A stretch of DNA of 64,000 nt from Synechococcales cyanobacterium CRU_2_2 (GCA_012034805.1 JAAUOP010000001.1:38843-102842), one strand, 5' to 3'. Positions 39,107 through 55,352 are shown, counted from the stretch's first letter. Program-made: numbers and translations. The notes: generated by a model not told the origin, from the sequence alone.

Positions 39107-40413
39107 AAGACATCTCGCACAAGACACAAAGCCCCGCAGCGGTGGTTAAACAGCGCTGCCTCTCCCATCTTAAGGCTCGTGCAGTATCCTGGGCGACTGA
39201 ATTCAGCGAGGTTTTGGTCAGGTTCCTGGCCAGGGGCCTTCGAGTTGAGCTGCTTGAGCGAGAAACGGCTGGGTTCGATGACATTGCGATTGCTACTCTC
39301 CCGCGCCACCCGAATCAACAGCGCCGCCGCCATCAAACTCGCCAAAATCGAATTCCCGCCATAGCTCATCATCGGCATCGGCAACCCTGTCGTCGGCATC
39401 GACCCGGTGGACACCGCAATATTCAAAATCGACTGGCCAATCAACAAAATAATTGCCCCGATCGCCACCAACTGATGCACATCTCGCGATGCCTTCAGCG
39501 CCACCCGCAGCCCCATCGTCGCGTAGACAGCCAGCATGAGTAGCAAGAGAATACCGCCGATCAAGCCAAACTCTTCGGCAAACACCGCAAAAATAAAGTC
39601 GGTGTACTGAAATGGCAGATAAAACATCTTTTGCTGGGACAAACCAAAACCAGTGCCCGTCATGCCACCCGAACCGATCGCCAGCAAACTTTGCACCAGC
39701 TGATAGCTATCCCCCTGGGTATTACTCCAAGGATCCAGAAACGATGTAATCCTCAGCCACTGGTACTCATTACGGCTGACGCTGAGCACCGCCAGCAAAA
39801 AACCCGCCAGCGCCGTACCCCCTAGCTGCTTCAGCGGCAGACCTGCCGCCAGCGCAATCAGCCACAGGAGCATGCCGCAAAGGGAAGCCGTACTCAAATT
39901 GGGCTGGGTCAAAATCGCGCCCAAAACCAGCGCAAACGTCCCCAACCAACGCCAGCGAACTGGTACGGGCAACCGCTCCCACTGGCTAAAAATCCGAGCC
40001 CCCTGCAAGACTAAAAAAGGCTTAATTAATTCAGAGGGTTGGAGCGAAATTGGCCCCAGTACCAGCCAGCGCGTTGCGCCATTCACTGTTGCTCCCATCC
40101 CCGGCACGTGGGTCAGAAAAATCAGCAGCAAACAGAGCAGCAAAAACCAATGGGCCATGCCAATCACAAACCGAATCGGCGTGTGAATAATCAAATTGAA
40201 CAGCACCATGCCAATCCAGGCCCAGGCAAATTGGCGCTTGAGATAGTAAAAACCATCGGCATTATCGGTCGCCGCTGTCACATAGGACGCTGTACACAAC
40301 ACCACCAGGCCAAACAGCAGCCACAGCAACGTCAGCCAGCGCAGCACACGGGCATCCGCAGACCATTTCACCGACGATCGATCAAACCAGGGAAAGATAT
40401 AGCGCAGTGGCAC
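39016..40413 (-). CDS. ftsW: Cell division SEDS protein FtsW (3' end uncertain)
   Basis: NGATRWL..SLQPSELIKP, QPNLSTA, YQLVQSLLAIGSGG, YTDFIFAVFAEEFG, PTTGLPMPMMSYGGNS. Confidence 0.92.
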   Translation of the reverse strand: MPLRYIFPWFDRSSVKWSADARVLRWLTLLWLLFGLVVLCTASYVTAATDNADGFYYLKRQFAWAWIGMVLFNLIIHTPIRFVIGMAHWFLLLCLLLIFLTHVPGMGATVNGATRWLVLGPISLQPSELIKPFLVLQGARIFSQWERLPVPVRWRWLGTFALVLGAILTQPNLSTASLCGMLLWLIALAAGLPLKQLGGTALAGFLLAVLSVSRNEYQWLRITSFLDPWSNTQGDSYQLVQSLLAIGSGGMTGTGFGLSQQKMFYLPFQYTDFIFAVFAEEFGLIGGILLLLMLAVYATMGLRVALKASRDVHQLVAIGAIILLIGQSILNIAVSTGSMPTTGLPMPMMSYGGNSILASLMAAALLIRVARESSNRNVIEPSRFSLKQLNSKAPGQEPDQNLAEFSRPGYCTSLKMGEAALFNHRCGALCLVRDVLCWKPYKLDFIFWSNGPMAKCSNSLTTSQF

Positions 40414-40612
40414 GGCTCAAGTTTGATAGGGAATTGCTGTTCATTGTAGTCAAGCACCTAATCGAGACGACAGATGGAGCCGCGAGGGTCACGATGGGGG
40501 GCCATCCCCTGCAACGGGAACGGCCCAGATAAAATTCACAAAAAAACGACGCGCGCTCTAGAGAAAGTATCTCCAGACACCACACGTCGAGCCAAAAAGA
40601 AGAGCGTCAAGA

Positions 40613-40816
40613 CTAAGAAATACCGGTATTCACACCGGGTCGGCCTGTCGCCAGCTCAACTTTAATAATTCTGCCACCCAGCTTTTGAATGCGTTGCTGC
40701 TCGCTAAACCAGTTATCGTAGGCAACCAGCTTCGTAAAATAGGTATTTTGCAGCTCTCGCTGGGTGCGAACTTTATCGGGACTTGGCACACACGCTGTGA
40801 CCTTAAACATCCGCAT
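40613..40816 (-). CDS. apcC: Phycobilisome 7.8-kDa core linker
   Basis: MRMFKVTACVPSPDKVRTQRELQNTYFTKLVAYDNWFSEQQRIQKLGGRIIKVEL. Confidence 0.96.
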   Translation of the reverse strand: MRMFKVTACVPSPDKVRTQRELQNTYFTKLVAYDNWFSEQQRIQKLGGRIIKVELATGRPGVNTGIS

Positions 40817-41025
40817 CGGTATAATTCTCCTGCCAAAACGCGAGGGATAAAACGAAGAAAAAATCCAAGATTTATATCAAAAACCTAGGCTGCGCAGAGC
40901 GAAACTTCGCACGGCCTAGGTCTCATCACAACCCAATCGAAATCTTCCCAAAGGGCTTTTCAAATTCAGAGCGATCGCCCAGGAGCCCCAGGCAAGATTC
41001 AACTCAATCAAGCGGAACCCCACAA

Positions 41026-41069
41026 GATTCCAGCAGGGTGGAAGCTTGTGCTTCCACCCTGCTGGAATC
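41026..41069 (-). terminator. 20-bp perfect stem-loop directly after apcB (terminator or mRNA-stabilising hairpin)
   Basis: GATTCCAGCAGGGTGGAAGC-TTGT-GCTTCCACCCTGCTGGAATC. Confidence 0.75.
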
Positions 41070-41076
41070 ACGGCAA

Positions 41077-41562
41077 TTAGCTAAGGCCGGAGCAGATATA
41101 GTCGAAATAGACGCCCATTTCCTTGCCAGCATCAGGGCCAACCAAGCTGGCGGTCACTTCTTTCATGGCTTGGACAGCCTGAACCGTCGCACCCACTGGA
41201 ACGCCCAGGGAGTTGTAGGTTTCCTTCAGACCGTTGAGCACGCGCTCATCCAGGATGGAGGTATCACCCGCAAGCATGGCGTAGGTCGCGTAGCGCATGT
41301 AGTAGTCGAGGTCGCGAATGCAAGCTGCATAGCGACGGGTGGTGTACATGTTGCCACCGGGACGAGTGATGTCGGAATACAGCAGTGCCTTAGCAACTGC
41401 TTCTTTGACGATGGTTGCAGCGTTGGCACTGATCGAAGTGGCAGCGCGGACGCGCAGCTCACCGCTCTGGAAATATGCTTTCAGCTTGCCCATGGCGGCA
41501 GCATCCAGATATTGACCCTGAACGTCGGAGGAATTGATGACAGAGGTAATTGCGTCTTGCAT
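41077..41562 (-). CDS. apcB: Allophycocyanin beta subunit
   Basis: [37 protein letters not shown]; 161 aa. Confidence 0.98.
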   Translation of the reverse strand: MQDAITSVINSSDVQGQYLDAAAMGKLKAYFQSGELRVRAATSISANAATIVKEAVAKALLYSDITRPGGNMYTTRRYAACIRDLDYYMRYATYAMLAGDTSILDERVLNGLKETYNSLGVPVGATVQAVQAMKEVTASLVGPDAGKEMGVYFDYICSGLS

Positions 41563-41719
41563 CGTTATGCTTCCTTAAAAAATCTCAAAATCAGAGGGAC
41601 TAAAAAAGAATGGCTATCGAATCCAGAGGATAGATCCAGAGGAAATCGGTACGGCACCGTGGCGAGAGACCAGCCTAGCGCATGCGCATCTAGGACGTGC
41701 GCATCTAGGACATGCCGAT

Positions 41720-42205
41720 CTAGGACATGCCGCTGATGACATAGTCGAAGTAGGCACCGGCTTCATCTGCATCCGCACCTGTAAGCAGGCCAGTGCTGGA
41801 GGCTTTCATGGCCCGAACCGCTTCGATGACCGCATCAATGGGAGTACCCAGAGACTTGTACATTTCACGGGCGCCCACCAGACCGATTTCTTCAATTGGG
41901 GTAACGTCGCCAGAGACGATTCCGTAGGTGACCAGACGCAGGTAGTAGTCCATATCCCGCAGGCAGGTTGCGGTCATTTCCTCACCATAGGCGTTGCCGC
42001 CGGGAGAAACGACATCGGGGCGCTTTTGGAAAAGCTGGTTACCCGCATCTTTGATGATTTTCTCGCGAGAGCTAGTTAGGGTCTCGGCAATACGCAGACG
42101 CCGCTCGCCGTTAGTAACGAAGGATTTGATGCGATCCAGCTCACCAGGGCTGAGGTAGCGAGCCTCAGCGTCAGCGTTTACGATGGATTTTGAGACGATA
42201 CTCAT
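41720..42205 (-). CDS. apcA: Allophycocyanin alpha subunit
   Basis: [45 protein letters not shown]. Confidence 0.98.
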   Translation of the reverse strand: MSIVSKSIVNADAEARYLSPGELDRIKSFVTNGERRLRIAETLTSSREKIIKDAGNQLFQKRPDVVSPGGNAYGEEMTATCLRDMDYYLRLVTYGIVSGDVTPIEEIGLVGAREMYKSLGTPIDAVIEAVRAMKASSTGLLTGADADEAGAYFDYVISGMS

Positions 42206-42616
42206 TAACGGATTCCTCCAAGCAGATTTATGAGAATGGGCTTAGGCTAACGACCGCTTGCTAGCAAACTCAATCTTGCAAGAGCCAATCTTGCAAGATG
42301 ATGGGGCATGCCAGGCGATGGGACAAGTCAGCCCAAGACATGGTTCAAACCTATATATGCAAAAAAGATGGCAAACAAAATCCCTTAATCTTGCCGCTGC
42401 CCCTTGCAGAGCCTCACGCCCGAATAGCCGGTGCGAAACCCAGCTACCTTCGGGATTTTATTGTGCTTCATTTGGATTGACCTTTTAGAACCGACGTAAC
42501 AGTTTGTAATATCGCGTCTCATAGCTGTTCATTTTCCCTGAAGGAGAAATTTGGCGATCACAGACAACCGCGATCGCTCACCCAAAAACACTTCACTAGA
42601 GACGCAATACTGCGGT

Positions 42617-44682
<2,066 letters not shown>

Positions 44683-44875
44683 TTAAGATGGCATTCGGTC
44701 GGCTCCGCCTGAGTCAGGGTTTGAATCCAGGGTTTGATTAAAGCAACTTTAGGAATCTAAATCCTGAGCGGGTGACCTTTTATCAGCCTTCAGATTAGAG
44801 CGTTTCGGGGTAGCCTGAGACCTTTGTTAAAAAATGTATTGAAGTCCCACCTGCCTTATCTCTGGGTTTAAATCT

Positions 44876-46158
44876 ATGCCTTCTTCCCCAGTCTCTTCCT
44901 CGGCGGCTTCATTCCCTGAGCACCCCAAAAATCCAGCGTCTTGGGTTCAGCAATCGGAAGCCGCTGTCAGCGCCGCTGTGGAGCAGCTTTACAATACCTA
45001 CCCGTTTCCGCCGGATCCGCTGTTGGACGAGCCGCCACCGGGCTACAACTGGCGTTGGTATTGGCCTGCAGCCTACAGTTTTTGTTCGGGGCGGTTGTCA
45101 GAACACAATGCGGTGCGAATTCTTGATGCTGGCTGTGGCACCGGTGTCGGGACGGATTATTTGGCCCATCTCAATCCGGAGGCGACGGTGGTGGCGATCG
45201 ACCTCAGCCCAGGGGCGATCGCCGTTGCCACCGATCGACTCCGGCGCTCGGGCGGCCACAACGTCAGCTTCCAGGCACTGAGCATTTACGACGTCGCTCA
45301 GATACCGGGCGAGTTCGACTTGATCAATTGCGTCGGTGTTTTGCACCACATGCCCGACCCCATACGCGGTATCCAGGCCTTGGCAACCCAGCTCAAACCC
45401 GGCGGGTTGCTCCATATCTTTGTCTATGGCGAGCTCGGGCGCTGGGAGATCCAGCTGATGCAGGAGGCGATCGCCCTCCTCCAGGCCGACCAGCGTGGCA
45501 ACTACACCGATGGCGTCCAGATTGGCCGCGAGCTGTTTGCCAAACTATCGGACACCAACCGCCTCGTGCAATATGAAAAACCTACTGGGCCGCTGAGAAC
45601 ACCCGCGACGAATGCTTTGCAGACATGTACGTCCATCCCCAAGAAACGGACTACAACATCAAGACCCTGTTTGAGCTGATCGACGCCTCGGGACTCGAGT
45701 TCGTCGGCTTTTCCAATCCAGAGGCTTGGTCCTTAGAACGGCTGTTGGGGCAAGCACCCGAGCTGATGGCGCGGGCCGCAAGTTTGGGGGAGCGCGATCG
45801 CTATCGGCTGATCGAACTGCTCAACCCTCATGTGCCCCACTACGAATTCTTCCTCGCTCGCCCGCCGCTCGATCGTTCCACTTGGGAAAACGACACCGAG
45901 ATCAAAGCCGCCACGATCCAGCGAAATCCTTGCATGCACGGCTGGCCTAGCCGGAGTCTTCTCAACCAAGACTATCATCCGGCCACAATTTCTGAAGCAG
46001 GCTTTGAGTTTCTCAAGGCAGCAGAAACGGCTGCCACCGGGACAACCGTAGGCCAAATTATCGAGACTGTGCCCACTCCCCTAGAAGAGATTCGACAACT
46101 CTGGCAGCAACGTATGATTTTCCTGGGTTTATCCGCAGACAGAACCGGCCCAGGCTAA
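44876..46158 (+). CDS. Class I SAM-dependent methyltransferase (apparent frameshift in A-run 45576-45580)
   Basis: LYNTYPFPP, ILDAGCGTG, INCVGVLHH; one extra A gives YEKTYWAAENTRDECFADMYVHPQE. Confidence 0.9.
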
Positions 46159-46292
46159 CCCCGAGCAGCCACTTGCACACTCAAGATTAGGTCAATGTTT
46201 TTATAAAGGATTGTTACCCCCTGCGTGATATCATTGTCCCTGGCTTGAACATGCATATCTACCTAGTGATTCACTAGAAATTTGGAGCAGTT

Positions 46293-46718
46293 GTGACGTC
46301 CCACGAGAAGGCTCAACCCAGCGTTTGGGTTGAGCAAGACACCCCCCAGGATGCTCTTCCCGCGAAAAACTCGATGGATGAGTTCTATGCGCTGAGGCAG
46401 GAACTCCTGCTGAGTACGCTTGTAGTTTCCGGGATTGTTTTCTTTTCTGTCTGGTGGTTTTACGCCCTAGATGTGGCCATCAGCTATTTGCTGGGAAGCA
46501 CGGTGGGTATGGTTTACATTAGGATGCTTGCTAGAGACGTCGAGCGGCTTGGGTCTGAGAATAATAAATTAGGCAAAAATCGCTTGGCGCTGTTTGTGAT
46601 CTTAATCGTTGTGGCTGCACGTTGGAATCAACTCCAGATGTTGCCCGCATTTTTCGGTTTTTTGACCTTCAAGATGGCGATCATCATCTACACGCTCCGA
46701 ATTACGTTTCCGCGCTAG
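46293..46718 (+). CDS. atpI: ATP synthase protein I (cyanobacterial atp1)
   Basis: SMDEFYALRQELL..YIRMLARDVERLG..FGFLTFKMA; first gene of the atp operon. Confidence 0.9.
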   Translation: MTSHEKAQPSVWVEQDTPQDALPAKNSMDEFYALRQELLLSTLVVSGIVFFSVWWFYALDVAISYLLGSTVGMVYIRMLARDVERLGSENNKLGKNRLALFVILIVVAARWNQLQMLPAFFGFLTFKMAIIIYTLRITFPR

Positions 46719-46775
46719 ATAGCGTGCGGATCAAGTCTTAGTCTACGTTTTCATGTCTTCATTGCCGCAGCGCAA

Positions 46776-47962
<1,187 letters not shown>

Positions 47963-48202
47963 ACTTGCCTTGGAATAGGCTGTGGTGTGTGGACATGCAA
48001 ATCTGTATTTCTGCGCACCGCTGGCTGATGTTTTCCGTGGCTTGTCGTTCGTAGATGGAAAGTTTGGTCAATAAGGTTTGGTCAATTTGGTCAAAGCTCA
48101 ATCTGGTCAAAGCTATGTGTGCGAGCCAACGCCTAAGTTCGCTTCGACTTCAGCGAGTTTGGTTTGATTGCATGGTTTTGCCCGTTATCAAGGAGGCCTT
48201 GA

Positions 48203-48628
48203 ATGTTTGATTTTGATGCCACGCTTCCTTTGATGGCGATTCAATTTTTGCTGCTGGTTGTCGTTTTAGACAAGGTTTTTTACAAGCCTTTTGGTAAGAC
48301 CCTTGACGATCGCAGCGAATATGTTCGCTCCAAGCGTCTCGGTTCCCAAGAGCGCCTAGATCAGTCTAAGAAAATGGCAGAGCAGTACGAAGCCGAACTC
48401 GCCGAAACACGAAAGCGAGCGCAGAGCATTGTTGCAACTGCTCAGTCTGAAGCTCAAAAACTGGCATCGGCTCAAATGGCCGAGGCTCAGCAGGAGGCCC
48501 AAGGACAGCGAGAAGCAGTTCAAGGGGAGATTGACCAGCAGAAGCGTTCTGCCATGGCTACATTAGATGGTCAGGTCGATCAGCTCAGCAACCAGATTCT
48601 TGAGAAGCTGTTGAGCACTGCTCGCTAG
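48203..48628 (+). CDS. atpF2: F0 ATP synthase subunit b' (cyanobacterial atpG)
   Basis: [32 protein letters not shown]. Confidence 0.95.
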   Translation: MFDFDATLPLMAIQFLLLVVVLDKVFYKPFGKTLDDRSEYVRSKRLGSQERLDQSKKMAEQYEAELAETRKRAQSIVATAQSEAQKLASAQMAEAQQEAQGQREAVQGEIDQQKRSAMATLDGQVDQLSNQILEKLLSTAR

Positions 48629-48703
48629 TTGCTAGTGCAGTGCCTGTGAGATAGGCGTTGGGATAAGCGATCTTAAAAGTGCGCAGATTTTTGGAACATC
48701 ATC

Positions 48704-49234
48704 ATGGGAACGTTAATTTTGCTAGCGGCGGAAGCTAGTAAGGGCGAGGGCGGTATTGCTTTCAACTTCAACATTTTAGAAACCAACATCATCAATCTGG
48801 CTATCGTGATTGGTGTTGTTTACTATGCGCTTTCGAATTTTCTGTCCAGCGCTTTGTCCGAGCGGCGGACTGGGATCGAAGCGGAGATTAAGGAGGTTGA
48901 AGATCGACTGGCAAAAGCCGAAGCTTCTCTCGTCGAACAACGGAAGAATGTTTCGGATGCTCAGGCGGAAGCCGATCGCATTCTTGCAGAGGCCAGCGCG
49001 CGGGCTGCCAGCGCTCGGGAGTCGATTCTGACCCAGGCGAAGCAAGATATCGAGCGGATGAAGGCTGCTGCGTCTCAAGACCTGACGGCTGAGCAAGAAC
49101 GAGCCGTTTCTGAGTTGCGTCAGCGGGTTGTCAATCAGGCTTTGGATAAGGTTCGCGAGCAGCTTCCCAATCGCTTAGACGAAGCGTCCCAGAAGCAGCT
49201 TATTGATCGCTCGATCGCGGTTTTAGGAGGATAG
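48704..49234 (+). CDS. atpF: F0 ATP synthase subunit b
   Basis: NILETNIINLAIVIG followed by a coiled coil; operon position. Confidence 0.95.
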   Translation: MGTLILLAAEASKGEGGIAFNFNILETNIINLAIVIGVVYYALSNFLSSALSERRTGIEAEIKEVEDRLAKAEASLVEQRKNVSDAQAEADRILAEASARAASARESILTQAKQDIERMKAAASQDLTAEQERAVSELRQRVVNQALDKVREQLPNRLDEASQKQLIDRSIAVLGG

Positions 49235-49236
49235 AG

Positions 49237-49791
49237 ATGAAGGGAAGTGCGGCGATGGCAAAGGTGATTGAGCCCTATACGGAGGCGCTCATGTCTTTGG
49301 CTCAGTCTCAGAATTTGGTTGATCGACTGGGTGAGGATGCTGCGGCTGTCCTGTCTGTGATCACTGAATCTGAGCAGTTGTCTACGGTTCTGAACAGCCC
49401 CGTGTATGAAGGCGGACAGAAGAAGGCAATTCTAAAGCAGATTTTCGAGAATCAGGTTGATCATCATTTTCTCAATTTCCTCTTGCTGCTGGTCGATCGC
49501 CAGCGCATTGCTTTCCTTCCTGGAATCTGCCAGCGCTACCGTGAGTTGCTGCGGGATTTGAATCAAGTTTCTCTGGCGGAGGTTACGTCAGCGGTTGAGT
49601 TGACGGAAGAGCAACGCCAGGCGGTCTGCGATCGCGTCAAGTCCATGACCGGCGCTCAGTCGGTTGAAATTGAGTCTCGCGTTGATCCAGATTTGATTGG
49701 TGGTGTGATCATTCAAGTTGGCTCTCAGGTTGTGGACGCCAGTTTGCGAGGCCAACTGCGGCGCATTAGCCTGAATTTGAGCCGTCCTTAG
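49237..49791 (+). CDS. atpH: F1 ATP synthase subunit delta (cyanobacterial atpD)
   Basis: EPYTEALM..NFLLLLVDRQRI..DPDLIGGVII..VDASLRGQL. Confidence 0.96.
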   Translation: MKGSAAMAKVIEPYTEALMSLAQSQNLVDRLGEDAAAVLSVITESEQLSTVLNSPVYEGGQKKAILKQIFENQVDHHFLNFLLLLVDRQRIAFLPGICQRYRELLRDLNQVSLAEVTSAVELTEEQRQAVCDRVKSMTGAQSVEIESRVDPDLIGGVIIQVGSQVVDASLRGQLRRISLNLSRP

Positions 49792-49923
49792 CAAATCCCA
49801 TTATTGGCTTTCATGCGTCGATGCTGTTGACTCGTCGATGCGCTCGCCCCGATGGTTGATTGTTTGAGCATTCGATTCAGTATCTGAAAGTTTCGTTTGA
49901 TGGGCGCTTGCCCAACCCCGTAA

Positions 49924-51459
<1,536 letters not shown>

Positions 51460-51565
51460 GCCTGCCCGTCGGGGTGAACGCGGTTTACCCCGACGGAACG
51501 TTTCGATCGCGACCCTATCCATTGCGAACGCTTCCACTCCACACCTTTGAATCGGTCAAGCCGTC

Positions 51566-52519
51566 ATGCCTAACCTCAAGTCCATTCGTGACCGGATTAA
51601 GTCGGTCAAAAACACCCGAAAAATTACCGAAGCGATGCGCTTGGTGGCGGCGGCTAAGGTTCGTCGTGCCCAAGCTCAGGTGCTGAATACCCGACCTTTT
51701 GCCGATCGTTTGGCCCAGGTGCTGAGTGGTTTGCAAACTCGCCTCAAGTTTGAGGATGTGGATTTGCCGCTGATGAAACAGCGCGAGGTCAAGACGGTGG
51801 CTTTGCTGGTGGTGTCGGGCGATCGCGGTCTCTGCGGTGCCTACAATACCAACGTTATCCGCCGGGCCGAAAACCGTGCAAAGGAACTGACCGAAGCCGG
51901 CGTTAAGTACCGGTTTGTGCTGGTGGGTCGGAAGGCAGTGCAGTATTTTAAGCGCCGCGATCAACCGATTGAAGCGCAGTTCATCGGCCTAGAACAAGTT
52001 CCCACCGCCGACGAAGCGGCCAAGGTTGCGGACACGCTGTTGTCGATTTTCCTGTCTGAGGAAGTCGATCGCGTAGAGTTGGTTTACACCAAGTTTGTTT
52101 CGTTGGTGGCCTCTCGTCCCGTCGTGCAAACGTTGCTACCGCTCGATCGCCAAGGTCTAGAGGCCCAAGATGACGAGATCTTCCGCCTGACCACACGCGG
52201 GGGTGACTTTGCTGTAGAACGTCTTAAGGCCGATTCTACCCAGGCGAAGGAACTGCCCAGCGACATGATCTTCGAGCAAGATCCGGCGCAAATTCTCAAT
52301 GCATTGCTGCCGCTCTATCTCAACAACCAGCTGCTACGGGCCCTCCAAGAGTCGGCAGCTAGCGAGCTCGCCGCACGGATGACCGCCATGAACAACGCCA
52401 GCGATAACGCCAACGAGCTCGTCGGCAGTTTAACCTTGGTTTACAACAAAGCACGTCAGGCTGCGATTACCCAAGAGCTACTTGAGGTGGTCGGGGGCGC
52501 CGAGGCCCTCGCGGGCTAG
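51566..52519 (+). CDS. atpG: F1 ATP synthase subunit gamma (cyanobacterial atpC)
   Basis: [49 protein letters not shown]. Confidence 0.98.
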   Translation: MPNLKSIRDRIKSVKNTRKITEAMRLVAAAKVRRAQAQVLNTRPFADRLAQVLSGLQTRLKFEDVDLPLMKQREVKTVALLVVSGDRGLCGAYNTNVIRRAENRAKELTEAGVKYRFVLVGRKAVQYFKRRDQPIEAQFIGLEQVPTADEAAKVADTLLSIFLSEEVDRVELVYTKFVSLVASRPVVQTLLPLDRQGLEAQDDEIFRLTTRGGDFAVERLKADSTQAKELPSDMIFEQDPAQILNALLPLYLNNQLLRALQESAASELAARMTAMNNASDNANELVGSLTLVYNKARQAAITQELLEVVGGAEALAG

Positions 52520-52615
52520 ACTAGCCCAGCGGCTTGCCAAATGCTTAGGTATTGCTCGAAACCCGTTCAAGGAACGGGTTTCGTTTGTTTAGGATTTGCT
52601 TTTGAGGAAATCACC

Positions 52616-52939
52616 ATGTCTAACCCTTACACCATCGAAGTTATCTACAACGGCGAGACCGAACGCTTCACCGCCACCTCAGACCAAACGATCTTAGCCG
52701 CCGCCGCGGAAGCCGGTCTGGAATTGCCGAGCTCCTGTTTATCGGGGGTTTGCACCACCTGTGCCGCCAAGATCATTGTGGGCGAAATTGATCAGCCCGA
52801 TGCCATGGGGGTGAGTAGTTCGCTCCAGGAGCAGGGTTTTGCGCTGTTGTGTGTGAGCCATGCGCGATCGGATCTCAAAATTGAAGCGGGTCAAGAGGAT
52901 CAACTCTACGAACTACAGTTTGGCCAGTTCCAGAACTAA
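52616..52939 (+). CDS. Plant-type 2Fe-2S ferredoxin
   Basis: LPSSCLSGVCTTCAAK...ALLCV cysteine pattern. Confidence 0.93.
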   Translation: MSNPYTIEVIYNGETERFTATSDQTILAAAAEAGLELPSSCLSGVCTTCAAKIIVGEIDQPDAMGVSSSLQEQGFALLCVSHARSDLKIEAGQEDQLYELQFGQFQN

Positions 52940-52943
52940 AACC

Positions 52944-53240
52944 ATGGACACTCAGTTCATTACCCTGACACTGGCGCTGCAACCGACATCTTGGGAAACG
53001 CGCCAGCAGGTGGAAGCCGCGATCGCCCCCCACGGCACCCCGCTACGCTGGGCGATCACCCGAATAGATCGCGATCGCCAAACCTTCCAAATCGAGGCGA
53101 TCGTCCTAACCTCTCCGTACCGCCATCTCCCTTGCTCAGCAACGGGGGTACATGCCCTCAACCCCTTGGCCCTGAATACCCCCTGGGCGATCGCGCTCAA
53201 TCAAAGCGATAGTCAGAACAACAAACCGCATAGAGTCTGA
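52944..53240 (+). CDS. Small cyanobacterial hypothetical protein
   Basis: Starts 4 nt after the ferredoxin stop; GTPLRWAIT..IEAIV motif. Confidence 0.65.
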   Translation: MDTQFITLTLALQPTSWETRQQVEAAIAPHGTPLRWAITRIDRDRQTFQIEAIVLTSPYRHLPCSATGVHALNPLALNTPWAIALNQSDSQNNKPHRV

Positions 53241-53287
53241 CTTTCGGACCCCAGCGCCTCACCCACAGACCAAGGAGCCCCACCCCC

Positions 53288-53782
53288 ATGGAACTGGATC
53301 AGCAAGACCCAAAACAGCTCAGGCAAGAGCCATTGCCCAATCTGTTGCCAGAAGTCGATCACCTGACTGAACAGGAAGTGCAGACCGCCATGGCCGCCAT
53401 TTCGCAAATCATTCCGGTTCTCGATTTGTATGACTGCCTCAAGATTGTACAGTGGGCCACCGAGCGCGCTGCCACCGCCCAGATTGCGGCAGCGGCTCAG
53501 ATGACCACGACCCTGCCTTCCCGTCAGCCCTCCCTCGCCCTGGTTGAGTACCCCGTCAAGTCTCAAAACGTCGAGTCCCAGATTAACTCCTTGGCGGATG
53601 AGCTGGAGGATGACGAGGCACTACCGCTTAATCTAGACCTGAGTTTCCTCGATCTGGACTCGGATCGCTGGGATCTGAGCATCGCGCCACCCATGCTGGA
53701 GGACTTGAACGAGGCTCATTTTTCGGTTCCCACGTTGACCCTGGTGGGTGAGCCCCCCGAAGACCTGCCCTTGGCGATGTAG
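53288..53782 (+). CDS. Acidic hypothetical protein
   Basis: 164-aa ORF with host-like codon usage, followed by a terminator. Confidence 0.6.
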   Translation: MELDQQDPKQLRQEPLPNLLPEVDHLTEQEVQTAMAAISQIIPVLDLYDCLKIVQWATERAATAQIAAAAQMTTTLPSRQPSLALVEYPVKSQNVESQINSLADELEDDEALPLNLDLSFLDLDSDRWDLSIAPPMLEDLNEAHFSVPTLTLVGEPPEDLPLAM

Positions 53783-53822
53783 ACCATGCTCCTTTTTCCC
53801 TAATTTTCAGTGTTTCAGATTA

Positions 53823-53855
53823 AAACGCGCCCCTTCGGTGGGCGCGTTTCTTTTT
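53823..53855 (+). terminator. Intrinsic terminator
   Basis: AAACGCGCCC-TTCGGT-GGGCGCGTTT-CTTTTT. Confidence 0.8.
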
Positions 53856-53981
53856 GACGAGATACCCACGCTGCGGCAGCGATGCAACAAAAAATAGTCA
53901 TAATTTTGCCTTTCTGGGAGAGCCTGTCCATAATCAAGTATTCACCCGCTTGGTTTGAGTCTCAATTCTGCCTCCTTTCCC

Positions 53982-55352
53982 ATGCAAAACGGTTCTGCCA
54001 AAACGACCTCTCCCGACGGTTCTGAGGGCCATAACCCAGACCTCGATAGCCCAGATACTTACAGCCCAGACGCTTACAGCCCAGACGCTTACAATGCCGA
54101 CGGCTTTGGCCATGCTTGGGCCGACATCAGCGACATTCGCCACGCCAAAACCTTTGGCTATCAAGGGGGAATGATCCTGTCTCCAGAATCGATGCTAGAC
54201 GAAATGCCGTTTCAGTCCCAGACCAAACTCGACCGGCCCAAGCTCACGCCGCTGGTGCTGATTGCGATCGCCCTCACCCTTGCAGGCATGCTCCTGCGGC
54301 TGCCCTGGCTGGGGTGGACGGGGGCTGGCATGACACTGCTCCTGTCAGTGCGGCTGGTTTGGCCCGAGCTGCGCGAGATCATCCAGGAGCTGCTGTTGGA
54401 TACCTGGGCTGCGCCTTGGGTTGCATCCCTGGGTGTGGGTGTGGCGATCGCGGCCTTGGTTCAATTCAGCGGCTTTGGCCAGGGCACCCTGCAGTTTTTT
54501 CGGGTGGTCAACTGGGACGCCGTGGGAGCCCTGGCCGAAACCCTAGGAGCCGTGGGCCAAATTTCGATCGCAGTGCTGGCGGTGTACATCGCTTGGCGAC
54601 AGTATGTCATTTCCAAGGCCCTAACCGAGCAGCAAAACCGGCTGACCATCCAGCAAAACATGATCACCCAGCAGCAAACCATCGATGCCTACTTTCAGGG
54701 CGTTTCAGATTTGGTGCTCGATGATGAAGGGCTCCTCGAAGACTGGCCCCAGGAGCGGGCGATCGCCGAAGGCCGCACCGCCGCCATCCTCAGCAGCGTC
54801 AATGCCGATGGCAAAGCCAAGGTAATTCGCTTTTTGGCGCGCTCTAAACTGCTGACTCCCCTCAAACGCGATGGCCACCTAGGCCGAGCCATTCTAGATG
54901 GGCGGGGCGGTTACGAAGAAGACCGACTCCATGGCGTCCGGGTGATTGATCTGGGCGTGATGTTGGCCAAGGCAAATTTGTGCAACACCGATCTACGCTG
55001 GACTGACCTCAGCGAGTCGAATCTGATCTACGCTGACCTGCGAAACGCCGATTTGGTCAAATCCAACCTGTCGCGCAGCATCTTGTTCGGAGCTAACCTA
55101 CGCGGTGCAGACGTTATGGGTGTGCGCTTTCATTACGGCCCCACGGATACCGCCTCCCCCCGCAGCCGCACAGAGCCACCCAACTACATTACGGGCGAGT
55201 ACACCGGAGCGGTGGTTGAAGAGATTGATTTCACGGGCGTGCAACGGATGTCCGAAGAGCAGCGACAATATTGTTGTGCCTGGTGTGGCGAAAAGTCGCG
55301 CGGTACCATCTCCGGTGGCTGCGGTGAGATTAAAAACCAACTGGGGCGCTAG
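53982..55352 (+). CDS. Membrane-anchored pentapeptide-repeat protein
   Basis: Several TM helices, ITQQQTIDAYFQGVSDL, then A(D/N)LxxxDL repeats (ANLCNTDLRWTDLSESNL..ANLRGAD). Confidence 0.88.
   Translation: MQNGSAKTTSPDGSEGHNPDLDSPDTYSPDAYSPDAYNADGFGHAWADISDIRHAKTFGYQGGMILSPESMLDEMPFQSQTKLDRPKLTPLVLIAIALTLAGMLLRLPWLGWTGAGMTLLLSVRLVWPELREIIQELLLDTWAAPWVASLGVGVAIAALVQFSGFGQGTLQFFRVVNWDAVGALAETLGAVGQISIAVLAVYIAWRQYVISKALTEQQNRLTIQQNMITQQQTIDAYFQGVSDLVLDDEGLLEDWPQERAIAEGRTAAILSSVNADGKAKVIRFLARSKLLTPLKRDGHLGRAILDGRGGYEEDRLHGVRVIDLGVMLAKANLCNTDLRWTDLSESNLIYADLRNADLVKSNLSRSILFGANLRGADVMGVRFHYGPTDTASPRSRTEPPNYITGEYTGAVVEEIDFTGVQRMSEEQRQYCCAWCGEKSRGTISGGCGEIKNQLGR

Noticed and set aside
40440..40640. 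ApcZ sRNA at the 3' end of apcC
   Set aside because: The position fits, but I cannot recognise conserved sequence or a clear terminator to support the call.
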